From a bacterium (GTDB lineage: Bacteria > Patescibacteriota > Patescibacteriia > UBA2591 > MWDC01), in NCBI GenBank assembly GCA_021158435.1, contig JAGGUQ010000010.1:1-45492 (forward strand): a stretch of DNA of 45,492 nucleotides. The letters run 5' to 3'. Shown piece after piece: positions 36,580 to 45,492 of this stretch. Every line of letters begins with the position of its first letter. Within the stretch, counting starts at the first letter, position 1. The notes under the pieces were generated by a model. It did no database searches. It saw nothing but the letters and a program-made list of their open reading frames with translations, and had not been told where the DNA came from. Position numbers and translations under genes: made by a program.

Positions 36580-38721
36580 ATGACTCTAACTAAAGAAAAA
36601 CTAGCAAAGTTTTTTCAAGTGTCAGAGGAATCGATTTATTTATTGATTATATTTCTTGTTCCACTTACTTTTAGCCTGTCCATTTATAATCATTGGCAAA
36701 TGGCTAAAAATATTGTTTTCCAAAGTTTAGTTGAAATTTTGTTTTTTCTTTTTCTTTCACAGGTTATTATTTTTGGTTTGCCAAAAGAAAAAATAAAAAA
36801 ATCTTTAAAATTTATTCTTCCTGCTTTCATTTTTATTTTATCTTTACTAATTGCAACTATTTTTTCTCCAGTTAAATGGATGAGTTTCTGGGGTGAATGG
36901 CAAAGAAAAATGGGTTTGTTAACCTGGGTTCACTTTTTTGTCTTTTATTGTATCTTTGTTTTGCTTGATAAAAATAAAGCGCAACTAAAAAGAATTTTTT
37001 TAGTAGTTGTTTTTACCTTGTTTTTGGTTAATTTATATGGGTTTATTCAGTTTTTCCGTTACGATCCTTTTTCCTGGAATTTAGAATTGCCAGTACTAAA
37101 AGTGTTAGATTATAGGGTTTTTTCTACTTTAGGCCAGCCCAATTTTCTGGCTTCTTGGTTAATTTTAACGATTCCTTTTTTAATTATTTGTCTTGTTCAT
37201 TCTCACAAATTCTTGGTCCGCTATTTATTATTTATTCTTATTTTTAGTAGTTTAGTTATTCTTATTCTAACTCAAAGTAGGGGAGGGTTAATTGGCTTTT
37301 TTTCTAGTTTATTTTTTTGCCTTTTTTGTTTTGGTTTATTCAAACTAAAGAAAAAAATTATTCCCTTAATATTTATTATTGTTTTGCTTGTTGTTTTGTT
37401 CGTTCTAAGTACATCAAGTTTAAATTTTACTTTTAAAAATAGGTTGATTAGTTTAAGTGATATAAAATCTGCGGCAGGTTATCGTCTCCACTATTGGTTA
37501 GCAAGCTTAGAAGTAATAAAAAAACGACCATTAATAGGTTATGGTTTAGATAGTCAAAGATATTACTTAACCCCATATTACACAAAAGAGCTTGCTTTAT
37601 TGGATAAACCCAACCTTTTTTTAGACAGAGCTCATAACAACATTCTTGATGTACTTTTAACTAGTGGAATTATAGGGTTGCTTTGCTGGTGGGCTTTTGT
37701 GATTTCTATCTTTTACTGGGGGATAAAATTTATTGTAAACACTGGTAAATATAAAAAAGAAGTTATTTTTATTTTAAGCGGCATTTTTGGCTATTTAATT
37801 TCTATTTTGTTCTCTTTTCATACTCATTCACCTTTACTGTATTTCTGGCTTAGTTGTGGATTGATATCCCACCTGGTTGTTACTCAAAAAACTAAAAACA
37901 CTCATTATTTTAAAGAAAGAAAACCCCTTAACCCTCCTTTTGTTTATCTGTTTATTATTGCTTTATTTTTGATTTTAGGGATTTTTGTTGTCTGGTTGAT
38001 TAATAGCTACCAATATTTAGCTAGTCATTATCTTTTAAAATCAAAAACATCTTTAATTGAATTTCAATTAGACAAAACTTATGATTTTGCTCTTAAATCA
38101 GTAAAATACGGCAGAAAAGATCCTTATTTCAAACAAATGTTTGGAGAAACCATGTTCCAAGCAAGCCAGTTAGAACCCCAAACAAATAAAAGGATATTCT
38201 TTGTTTCTCAAGGCATAGAACAAATTCAGAGCATACCTAAAACTCTACGTCCTATAGAAGCTAAAATAAATCTTCCTCTTTTGTTAATGGAAAGAATAAG
38301 ATTAACTGGCAATGATAATGACAAACAATATGCTGAGAATCTTTATCAAGAACTAACAAGCTATGTACCTCAATGTTCCCTGGTCTGGTCTTTGTGGGCT
38401 GAATTAGAGTTGGTTTTGAAAAATTATGATCAAGCAATCCAAAAAGCTGAAAAAGCTATATCTTTACTACCTGATTACACTAAAAGTCTTTACCCTGATA
38501 TTGTAATTGAGGAAATCGTTTTTGCTAATGATAGATTGGCCAGAGCTTATTTTCAAAAAGGTAATGTAGAAAAAGCTTTAGATATTTATTCCAAAGCTTT
38601 AAAAATTGCTCCTCGGACGCCTTTTATCTGGCAAAGAATTGCTTTAATTTATCAATCTCAAGGACAAACCAAAAAAGCAGCCCAAGCTATTAAACAGAAA
38701 GAAAAATTTGAAAACTATTAA
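36580..38721 (+). CDS. O-antigen ligase (Wzy_C)-like membrane protein with TPRs, second paralog
   Basis: STLGQPN, TQSRGG, KRPLIGYG, DRAHN; TPR-like tail. Confidence 0.85.
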   Translation: MTLTKEKLAKFFQVSEESIYLLIIFLVPLTFSLSIYNHWQMAKNIVFQSLVEILFFLFLSQVIIFGLPKEKIKKSLKFILPAFIFILSLLIATIFSPVKWMSFWGEWQRKMGLLTWVHFFVFYCIFVLLDKNKAQLKRIFLVVVFTLFLVNLYGFIQFFRYDPFSWNLELPVLKVLDYRVFSTLGQPNFLASWLILTIPFLIICLVHSHKFLVRYLLFILIFSSLVILILTQSRGGLIGFFSSLFFCLFCFGLFKLKKKIIPLIFIIVLLVVLFVLSTSSLNFTFKNRLISLSDIKSAAGYRLHYWLASLEVIKKRPLIGYGLDSQRYYLTPYYTKELALLDKPNLFLDRAHNNILDVLLTSGIIGLLCWWAFVISIFYWGIKFIVNTGKYKKEVIFILSGIFGYLISILFSFHTHSPLLYFWLSCGLISHLVVTQKTKNTHYFKERKPLNPPFVYLFIIALFLILGIFVVWLINSYQYLASHYLLKSKTSLIEFQLDKTYDFALKSVKYGRKDPYFKQMFGETMFQASQLEPQTNKRIFFVSQGIEQIQSIPKTLRPIEAKINLPLLLMERIRLTGNDNDKQYAENLYQELTSYVPQCSLVWSLWAELELVLKNYDQAIQKAEKAISLLPDYTKSLYPDIVIEEIVFANDRLARAYFQKGNVEKALDIYSKALKIAPRTPFIWQRIALIYQSQGQTKKAAQAIKQKEKFENY

Positions 38722-38743
38722 ATTTTATGATATTATAAAATAT

Positions 38744-39655
38744 ATGAATCAGGATCTGATTATAATTTCAGCAATATTCATTCTAGGAATTGGGGCTATT
38801 TTTATTTACCTCAAAAAGAGGTTGGATAAAATTCATTCCTCTTCTTTAGAGGAAAATTTAAACTTTCTTAACCAGAATATTCAGAATGTAGAACAAAATC
38901 TCAGCCTTCAGGTAAGCAGGCTTTATGAAAGTTTGGGCAATTTGGCAGAAATAGGAAGAGGCATTAAGTCGTTTTCGGAACTTTTAAGTGTTCCAAAATT
39001 TAGAGGAAATATTGGCGAAGAAGTGCTCCGAAATTTATTAGAACAATACTTTGCCAAAGATCTATATTCTCTTCAATACACTTTTAAAAGCGGAGAAAGA
39101 GTAGATGCTATTTTAAAAACTAAAGAAGGAATTATTCCGATAGATGCTAAATTCCCTTTAGAAAATTTTCAGAAATGGGTAAAAGCACAAACTGAAGAAG
39201 AAAAAAGCAAACATTTTAAAGTATTTATTAATGATGTGAAAAAACACATTTCAAAAATTTCAAAAAAATATATTCTTCCTGAAGAAGGAACAGTAGATTT
39301 TGCAATAATGTATATACCATCAGAAGCAATTTATTATGAAATAATCCAGAGCGGGGGGGATATTATTGAATATGCCCGTGAACAAAATGTTTATTTTACT
39401 TCTCCAAACAGTTTTTATTACTTTCTGAAAATAATAATGGCTTCAATGCAGGGGGCAAAAATACAGGAACAGGCAAAAGAAATACTAAAATTGTTGGAAG
39501 GTATAAGGAAAGACAGCCAAAAATTTGCTGATTATTTGCGTTTAGTTAATACTCATTTTAATAATGCAAGAAATGCTTTAGAGCAAGCAAATAATGAATA
39601 TAAAAGTCTGACTTTAAAGATTGAACAAACAAAAATGTTAAAAGGTAAGAAATAA
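38744..39655 (+). CDS. rmuC: DNA recombination protein RmuC family
   Basis: N-terminal TM; PKFRGNIGE, VDA, PIDAKFP, KYI.P..GT.DFA.MYIPSE; ATG 38744 preferred over TTG 38708. Confidence 0.92.
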   Translation: MNQDLIIISAIFILGIGAIFIYLKKRLDKIHSSSLEENLNFLNQNIQNVEQNLSLQVSRLYESLGNLAEIGRGIKSFSELLSVPKFRGNIGEEVLRNLLEQYFAKDLYSLQYTFKSGERVDAILKTKEGIIPIDAKFPLENFQKWVKAQTEEEKSKHFKVFINDVKKHISKISKKYILPEEGTVDFAIMYIPSEAIYYEIIQSGGDIIEYAREQNVYFTSPNSFYYFLKIIMASMQGAKIQEQAKEILKLLEGIRKDSQKFADYLRLVNTHFNNARNALEQANNEYKSLTLKIEQTKMLKGKK

Positions 39656-40792
39656 ATGAAAAGAGAAAGATTAAACTTTTTATTAGCAACAAGTGTTTTT
39701 ATTGGAACTATTATTGGGGCGGGGATTTTTGCTTTGCCTTATGTTTTTGCTCAGTCAGGATTTGGCATAGGTTTATTCTGGCTTTTTTTAATTTGCTTTA
39801 TTTTAATTTTGACTACTTGTGCTTATGCTGAAGTGGTTCTTCGGACATCTAAAGATATGGAAATGCCCGGATATGTTAATCATTATTTAGGCAGAAAGGG
39901 GAAAGTTATTATTAGTTTATCTTTAATTTTAGGAATTTATGCAGCTTTAATAGGATATAGTATAGGTATTGGCAATTTTCTGGAAGGTGTCATCGGTCCA
40001 ATAGATCAAAATGGGCTTTTCTGGAAATTAATAACTTTATTTGGGTTGGGGGTTATCCTTTATTTGGAAATTAAAGCAATTAGTCGACTGGAACTTGCCA
40101 TGGCTGGTGGGATACTTATTTCTATAATCATAATTTTCTTTGATGGCTTTCACTTTATTAAACTTTCTAATTTAGGTTACTTAAACTACTCAAATTTCTT
40201 CGCTCCTTTTGGAGCAGTTCTTTTTGCTTTTGGGGGAGCAACGGCTGTCCCTACAATGAAACGAATTCTTTCAAAGAATGTTCGGAATCTAAAAAAGTCT
40301 ATTCTTACCGGCAATCTTATTGTGGCCTTAGTTTATACTATTTTTACTTTTACTATTTTAGGTATTAGTGGTCGCAACACACCTATGCAGGCAATTGATA
40401 ACTTAGGTAGTTTAATTTCAGATTTCTCTTGGAAATTAGGTATTATTTTAGGCATCTGCACTATGAGCACTTCTTTCTTATCTTTAGGATATATATTAAT
40501 GCAGGTTTACAAAAAAGATTATAATATGCCTAAATTTCCGTCCTGGACTTTAGTAATTCTTATTCCTTTACTTTTGATTGTTTTAGGTTTGAGGAATTTT
40601 ATTACGGTAATTAGCATAGGAGGGGGATTGTTATCAGGAGTCCAGGGGGTTATTTTGCTTTTAACCTGGCAAAAAGCTCGAAGTCAGGGAGATAGGATTC
40701 CTGAGTTTAAAATAAAAATTAGCCAACCACTATTTTACTTCATTATATTTATCTTTTGTTTAGGAATAATTTCACAAATATTTGTCCTATGA
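39656..40792 (+). CDS. Amino acid permease (aromatic amino acid / HAAAP-like)
   Basis: GTIIGAGIFALP TM1 motif; about 11 TM segments; TSFL. Confidence 0.85.
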   Translation: MKRERLNFLLATSVFIGTIIGAGIFALPYVFAQSGFGIGLFWLFLICFILILTTCAYAEVVLRTSKDMEMPGYVNHYLGRKGKVIISLSLILGIYAALIGYSIGIGNFLEGVIGPIDQNGLFWKLITLFGLGVILYLEIKAISRLELAMAGGILISIIIIFFDGFHFIKLSNLGYLNYSNFFAPFGAVLFAFGGATAVPTMKRILSKNVRNLKKSILTGNLIVALVYTIFTFTILGISGRNTPMQAIDNLGSLISDFSWKLGIILGICTMSTSFLSLGYILMQVYKKDYNMPKFPSWTLVILIPLLLIVLGLRNFITVISIGGGLLSGVQGVILLLTWQKARSQGDRIPEFKIKISQPLFYFIIFIFCLGIISQIFVL

Positions 40793-41838
40793 AAGTAATG
40801 GTTGTTTTTAATGGGGGAAGTACTTCTATAAAGTATAAAATTTTCTCTACTAATTTACGTTTAATCAAACAAGGGGCAGTAACAAATTTGCCAGCAGATA
40901 ATCTTTCTTTATATAAAAAGGGAATAAAAAAGGCTTTTAAGGAAATTTTCTGCTTTAAAAAAGATATTATTTTAATTGGCCACCGGGTTGTTCATGGCGG
41001 AGAAAAATTTACTCAGCCAATTTTAATAAAAAACAATAAAACTATTAAAGAATTAGCTAAATATAATCATCTTGCTCCACTACACAATCCTTTTAACATT
41101 GCTATTCTTAAACAAGCTTATAAGTATTTCCCAAAAGCTTTTCAAGTTGCTGTTTTTGATACAGGCTTTTTTGCTAATTTACCTGAAGAAGCGAAAATTT
41201 ATGGCTTGCCCCCATTATTTCTTAAGAAGTTTAAAATTCAAAGATTTGGATTTCATGGCCTTTCCCATGAATACGCTTTGAATCAAGCTTGCAAAAAACT
41301 TTCCAAAAATCCAAAAAAGATAAACTTGATCACTGCTCATTTAGGCGGTGGGACAAGTATTTGCGCTATAAAAAAAGGGAAAGCAATTGATATTAGTATG
41401 GGTTTTACTCCTTTAGAAGGCCCTCTTATGATGAGAAGGGCTGGGAGTTTGGATCCAGGGATAATTTTTTACCTTCTTAAAAGCGGATACAAAGCAAAAG
41501 AATTGGAAAAAATTGTTAATTTTGAAAGTGGATTTTTTGGGTATTTAAAAACAGATGATTTTCAAGAAGTCTTGAAAAAGGTAAAATCTAAAGATAAAAA
41601 AGCTACTTGTATTTTTAATGCTTATATTTATCAAATACAGAAATATATAGGTGCTTATTATGTACTTTTAAAACATATTGATGCTATTATTTTTACTGGG
41701 GCTATTGGATCTGGCGACCCTTATACTAGGAGAAAAATCTGTCAAAATATAGAATTTCTCAAAAAAATACCAGTTTTAAGCATTAAATCAAATGAAGAGC
41801 TTTTAATTGCTCAGAAAGCAATAAGGTTCTTAAAATAA
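40789..41838 (+). CDS. ackA: Acetate kinase
   Basis: NGGSTSIKY, GHRVVHGG, APLHNP, FDTGF, GFHGLSH, HLGGG, MGFTPLEG, SNEELLIA; ATGA overlap with the permease. Confidence 0.95.
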   Translation: MKVMVVFNGGSTSIKYKIFSTNLRLIKQGAVTNLPADNLSLYKKGIKKAFKEIFCFKKDIILIGHRVVHGGEKFTQPILIKNNKTIKELAKYNHLAPLHNPFNIAILKQAYKYFPKAFQVAVFDTGFFANLPEEAKIYGLPPLFLKKFKIQRFGFHGLSHEYALNQACKKLSKNPKKINLITAHLGGGTSICAIKKGKAIDISMGFTPLEGPLMMRRAGSLDPGIIFYLLKSGYKAKELEKIVNFESGFFGYLKTDDFQEVLKKVKSKDKKATCIFNAYIYQIQKYIGAYYVLLKHIDAIIFTGAIGSGDPYTRRKICQNIEFLKKIPVLSIKSNEELLIAQKAIRFLK

Positions 41839-41858
41839 AAAACGTTGTCCTTTTAAAA

Positions 41859-41886
41859 TTGACTTTTTTCGAAATTATGGTATTGT
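41859..41886 (+). promoter_or_regulatory. Putative extended -10 promoter (TTGACT-N16-TATTGT)
   Basis: TGGTATTGT at 41878-41886, upstream of mutM. Confidence 0.65.
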
Positions 41887-41909
41887 TATAGAAAATAAAG
41901 AAAGAATTT

Positions 41910-42734
41910 ATGCCTGAATTACCTGAAGTAGAAACGATTCGCCAACAATTACTTAAAGAAATTGTTGGTAAAAAAATAAAAGAGTTAACTATTAATGACT
42001 CCCAAATAATTAATCTTCCTCCAGAAAAATTCCAAGCTTTGTTAACTGGGGTAAAGATTAAAGATATCCGAAGAAGGGCAAAGCTTTTAATTTTCGATTT
42101 TGATAATGATTACTCTTTAATAGTTCACTTAAAATTAACTGGCAGATTTATTTATTTTAAAAACAATCAGAAAATTAAGGATAAGGCCCATCTTATTTTT
42201 ATTTTTCAAGATAAGACAAAGCTTTTGTATCAAGATGTTAGGAAGTTTGGTTACTTAAAATTAGTCCCAACTAACTTAGCTCAAGATATTATAAAGGCCC
42301 ATAATTTTGGGCCTGAAGTTTTAGATAAAGACTTTACTTTAGAGCGATTTGAGAAAGTCATTCGCCAAAAACCAAAAGCTAAAATAAAGCCCTTGCTTAT
42401 GGATCAGAGCATTCTAGCTGGCATAGGGAATGTTTATAGTCAAGAAGCCTGTTTCCGGGCGGGAATTAATCCCCAAAGAACTGTTAAATCATTAAGTAAA
42501 GAAGATGTAAAACGACTTTATCAAGCTCTTAAGAAAGTAGTTGTGCTAGCTCTTAAAAAAAGAGGCTCTTCTGTTGATACATATTTAGATATTTATGGGA
42601 AAAGGGGTGATTTTGAGCCATTATTAAAAGTTTATGGCAGAGAAAATAAACCTTGTTTTAACTGCGGAGCAAAAATAAAAAGAATAAAAATGAATGGCCG
42701 AAGCACCTATTTTTGTCCTAAATGTCAAAAATAA
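41910..42734 (+). CDS. mutM: Formamidopyrimidine-DNA glycosylase (Fpg)
   Basis: MPELPEVE, RRAK, HLKLTG, AGIGNVY, C-terminal zinc finger CxxC...FCPKCQ. Confidence 0.97.
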   Translation: MPELPEVETIRQQLLKEIVGKKIKELTINDSQIINLPPEKFQALLTGVKIKDIRRRAKLLIFDFDNDYSLIVHLKLTGRFIYFKNNQKIKDKAHLIFIFQDKTKLLYQDVRKFGYLKLVPTNLAQDIIKAHNFGPEVLDKDFTLERFEKVIRQKPKAKIKPLLMDQSILAGIGNVYSQEACFRAGINPQRTVKSLSKEDVKRLYQALKKVVVLALKKRGSSVDTYLDIYGKRGDFEPLLKVYGRENKPCFNCGAKIKRIKMNGRSTYFCPKCQK

Positions 42735-42745
42735 ACATTTTATCT

Positions 42746-44449
42746 ATGGGAAAGTTTGAAAAAGAAATTCTTTCTTCTTTAAAAAAAGTTTTTCCTGAAA
42801 TAAAATCTTTGCCGGAATTAGAAATTCCCCCAGATCCAAAAATGGGGGATTTAGGTTTTGGATGCTTTTCTTTATCTAAAGAGCTTCAAAAGCCCCCTGA
42901 AAAAATAGCCGAAACATTAGCCTTGAAAATAAAACCTAGTGCTTTCATTGAAAAAGTAAAAAACTATGGACCTTATTTAAACTTTTTCTTTAAAAAACAA
43001 GTTTGTCTTCCCTTAATCCTAAAAACAATCTTTTTAGAAAAAGATTTATTTCTTAAAGAGTATAAGAATAGAAACATTTTAATAGAATTTTCTTCTCCTA
43101 ATACCAATAAACCTTTACATCTAGGCCATTTAAGAAACACTGTCCTTGGAAATGCTATAAGCAATCTTTTTGCTAAAGTTGGAGCAAGAGTTATTAGAAT
43201 TAACCTAATTAATGATAGGGGAATACCTATTATAAAAGCAATGATTGGTTGGGAAAAGTGGGGGAAAGGGAAAACTCCAGAAACAGAAAAAGTGAAATCT
43301 GACCATTTTGTTGGCTATTATTATGTACTTTTTGAAACTAAAGCTAAAGAACTGCCTGAAATTAAAAAATACCCCCAAGAATTACTAAAAAAATGGGAAA
43401 AAAAGCATCCAGGGACCCTACTTCTTTGGCAGAAAATAAATAATTGGGCTTTAAAAGGATTTTCCCAGACTTATAAAAAATTAGGGGTTAGTTTTGATAA
43501 AATAGAATTTGAAAGTGAAGTTTATGAATCAGGCAAAAAAATAATCAAAAGAGCTTTAAGAAAGAAAATAGTTCAAAAAAGGACAGATGGAGCTATAGAA
43601 ATTGATCTTGAGAATTTAGGTAAAAAGGTTTTGCTTAGACCAGATGGAACAAGCGTATATATCACTCAAGATATTGGTTTAGCGTATAAAAGAGTAAAGG
43701 AGTTTCAACTGGATAAATTAATTTATGTTGTTGCTTCAGAACAGGATTACTATTTTCAATGCCTTTTTAAAACATTAAAAAAATTAGGATTAAAAAATGT
43801 TAAAAATTTTTATCACCTTTCCTATGGATTAGTAAATTTACCAGAAGGAAAGATGAAATCTCGTGAAGGAAAAGTAGTTGACGCTGATGACTTAATTCAA
43901 CAAATGGAAGATATGGCGCAAAAAGAAGTTCAATCCCGCTGGCCTGATACTCCAATAGAAAAAATAAACCAAAGAGCAGAGAAAATAGCTTTAGCAGCAA
44001 TTAAGTTTTATTTACTTTATTTTACCCCTCCACGGAATATTCTTTTTGATCCTAAAAAATCTTTATCTATCGAAGAATTAGGGGGTCCATATCTTCTTTA
44101 CACTTATGCTCGAGCTAATAGTATTCTAGAAAAAAGTAAATATAACTTACAGATAAAAGATATTGGGAATATTGATTTTTCCAAGCTGGATACAGAAAAG
44201 GATTTAAATATTTTTAGAAATCTCTTTTTCTGGCCAGAAATAATAAAAAAGTCTGTTAAAGAATACAACCCTGCTCATTTAGCTAATTTCCTTATAAAAA
44301 TAGCTCAAAGTTTTAATGAATTTTACCATTCAGAAAAAGTTATTAATTCTTCACTAGAAAAGCAAAGGGTCTTTTTAGTGAAAGCAGTTGCTAAAGTAAT
44401 TAAGGATGGTTTGAATTTATTGGGGATTGATGTAATTAAAAAAATGTAA
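42746..44449 (+). CDS. argS: Arginyl-tRNA synthetase
   Basis: SSPNTNKPLHLGHLRN, KMKSREG, YLLYTYARA.SI, FNEFYH; start at 42746 or 42722. Confidence 0.97.
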   Translation: MGKFEKEILSSLKKVFPEIKSLPELEIPPDPKMGDLGFGCFSLSKELQKPPEKIAETLALKIKPSAFIEKVKNYGPYLNFFFKKQVCLPLILKTIFLEKDLFLKEYKNRNILIEFSSPNTNKPLHLGHLRNTVLGNAISNLFAKVGARVIRINLINDRGIPIIKAMIGWEKWGKGKTPETEKVKSDHFVGYYYVLFETKAKELPEIKKYPQELLKKWEKKHPGTLLLWQKINNWALKGFSQTYKKLGVSFDKIEFESEVYESGKKIIKRALRKKIVQKRTDGAIEIDLENLGKKVLLRPDGTSVYITQDIGLAYKRVKEFQLDKLIYVVASEQDYYFQCLFKTLKKLGLKNVKNFYHLSYGLVNLPEGKMKSREGKVVDADDLIQQMEDMAQKEVQSRWPDTPIEKINQRAEKIALAAIKFYLLYFTPPRNILFDPKKSLSIEELGGPYLLYTYARANSILEKSKYNLQIKDIGNIDFSKLDTEKDLNIFRNLFFWPEIIKKSVKEYNPAHLANFLIKIAQSFNEFYHSEKVINSSLEKQRVFLVKAVAKVIKDGLNLLGIDVIKKM

Positions 44450-44459
44450 TTGGTTTGAT

Positions 44460-44723
44460 ATGTCTGAATTTGAAGATAAAGTGTTAAGGATTGTTAAGAA
44501 AATACCACCTGGTAAAACTATGTCTTACAAACAAGTAGCTGAGAAAGCAGGTTCGCCAAAAGCTTGGCGAGCTGTTGGCTCCTGTTTAAAGAAAAACAAT
44601 AATCCGGCTATACCTTGTCACCGGGTTATTAAATCAGATGGTAGTCCTGGTGGATATAATAAGGGGAGGAAGTTAAAAATTAAAAAATTAAAACAAGAAG
44701 GTGCACAAATTAAAGAACTTTAG
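44460..44723 (+). CDS. Minimal O6-alkylguanine DNA alkyltransferase (MGMT/Ogt DNA-binding domain)
   Basis: IPPGKTMSY..VA, RAVG, PCHRVI, GGY. Confidence 0.92.
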   Translation: MSEFEDKVLRIVKKIPPGKTMSYKQVAEKAGSPKAWRAVGSCLKKNNNPAIPCHRVIKSDGSPGGYNKGRKLKIKKLKQEGAQIKEL

Positions 44724-45395
44724 CTACTTCAGTTTGAATTCATAAATAAATAAAATTTTTATCATCTCCAATAAAGATAAGGACTGAGATTTGTTCTTTA
44801 TTTTTTTCTCTCTTATAGCTTTAAAAATTTCTTTAGCCTCCAATCTGTCTGCTTCAATTAAAGCATAACTTATATCAAGGTACTTTAAAATATGAGTGTC
44901 TGAAGTTGCCAGATAGGGTTTATTATACCTTTTAGCAATTTCTTTAGCTTTTTTATTAAAATTAAGTTTTGGATGCCAAAACCAAGAAAATTCTATAGCA
45001 TCAAATATATCAATGTTTTTTTCTAAACTTTTACCCAGTGTCTTGGTTGAAGGAAAATAAGGGTGAGGGGCAAGAACAAAAACATCAGGATTTTTTCTTT
45101 TATATTCCCTTAGTTGACTAAAGGTTTGGATGTTTTCTATATCTTTTTGACAATTTAGGATAACTACTTCTTTTCTGTTAATCTTTTTTTCAATACCTGG
45201 TATGAGAAGCATTCCTTTTTTCTTAGCATAAACACCCATTTTTTCTTGAAAAACAAATTTTTCGTGGCAAGTTAAAGCAAGAATGTTGAAATTAAATTTT
45301 TTAGCTTGGTCTATAGCTTGGTAAATATTATATTTTATTCCACTATCTTTAGGATCTTCGGATGTGTGTAGGTGGAGGTTTGCCTTGAAAATCAT
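44724..45395 (-). CDS. PHP-domain metal-dependent phosphoesterase
   Basis: NLHLHT, ALTCH, IPGIE, APHPY, TSDTH. Confidence 0.88.
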   Translation of the reverse strand: MIFKANLHLHTSEDPKDSGIKYNIYQAIDQAKKFNFNILALTCHEKFVFQEKMGVYAKKKGMLLIPGIEKKINRKEVVILNCQKDIENIQTFSQLREYKRKNPDVFVLAPHPYFPSTKTLGKSLEKNIDIFDAIEFSWFWHPKLNFNKKAKEIAKRYNKPYLATSDTHILKYLDISYALIEADRLEAKEIFKAIREKKIKNKSQSLSLLEMIKILFIYEFKLK

Positions 45396-45425
45396 AATTT
45401 ATTCTGATAAAATAAAATAGATTTT

Positions 45426-45453
45426 ATTTTATATTTTTTTTAAAAAATATCAA
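45426..45453 (-). promoter_or_regulatory. Putative promoter for the PHP gene (TTGATA-N16-TAAAAT)
   Basis: Reverse-strand hexamers in an AT-rich region. Confidence 0.5.
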
Positions 45454-45476
45454 ATAGCTTAGTGTCTAATTTTTGT

Positions 45477-45492
45477 TGCGGGGTCGTCTAAT
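45477..45492 (+). tRNA. Probable 5' end of a tRNA (Gln-like) cut by the window edge
   Basis: TGCGGGG-TC-GTCT-AAT fits the acceptor strand, U8, D stem and A14; GC-rich after AT-rich DNA; only 16 nt visible. Confidence 0.45.

Noticed and set aside
36500-45492. Impression that the + strand G excess fades toward the right end (possible terminus or rearrangement)
   Set aside because: The hand-counted lines were inconsistent and confounded by coding bias; a computed skew is needed

Overview
AT-rich, gene-dense bacterial chromosome segment using code 11 (TGA is a stop), with almost all genes on the + strand. The gene content and order most resemble Patescibacteria (CPR, Parcubacteria-like); this taxonomy is my inference. 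Supporting traits are ybeY-ftsA-ftsZ, a short tsf, a mini-TsaB, standalone PduL and AckA, DUF5667-like and O-antigen-ligase/TPR proteins, PilB, broken canonical operons and few Shine-Dalgarno sites. Recognisable genes are serS, truB, ftsA, ftsZ, gyrB, pduL, ychF, pgk, hsp20, rplJ-rplL (with an L10 leader RNA), rpsB-tsf, gap, dnaA (with DnaA boxes but no dnaN), a pilB-glycosyltransferase cluster, rmuC, ackA, mutM and argS. There is one tRNA-Pro(CGG) and probably the 5' end of a second tRNA at the right edge. No CRISPR array, integrase, transposase or reverse transcriptase is visible. The most unusual signals are: (1) about ten sigma70-like promoters with a 16-bp rather than 17-bp spacer; (2) a 12-nt motif CAAAGGTCGTTT repeated in two SD-less 5' leaders; (3) a tRNA-Pro whose elbow reads A18/G55 instead of G18/U55, followed by GC-rich palindromic repeats; (4) a YbeY lacking its metal site next to an FtsZ with a very basic N-terminal arm; (5) a standalone gene resembling CPR DGR target proteins; (6) an ATP-cone/Mrr-like nuclease in the usual dnaN position; and (7) a candidate pilin glycosylation locus. 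All calls are by-eye motif recognition, and no searches were run.
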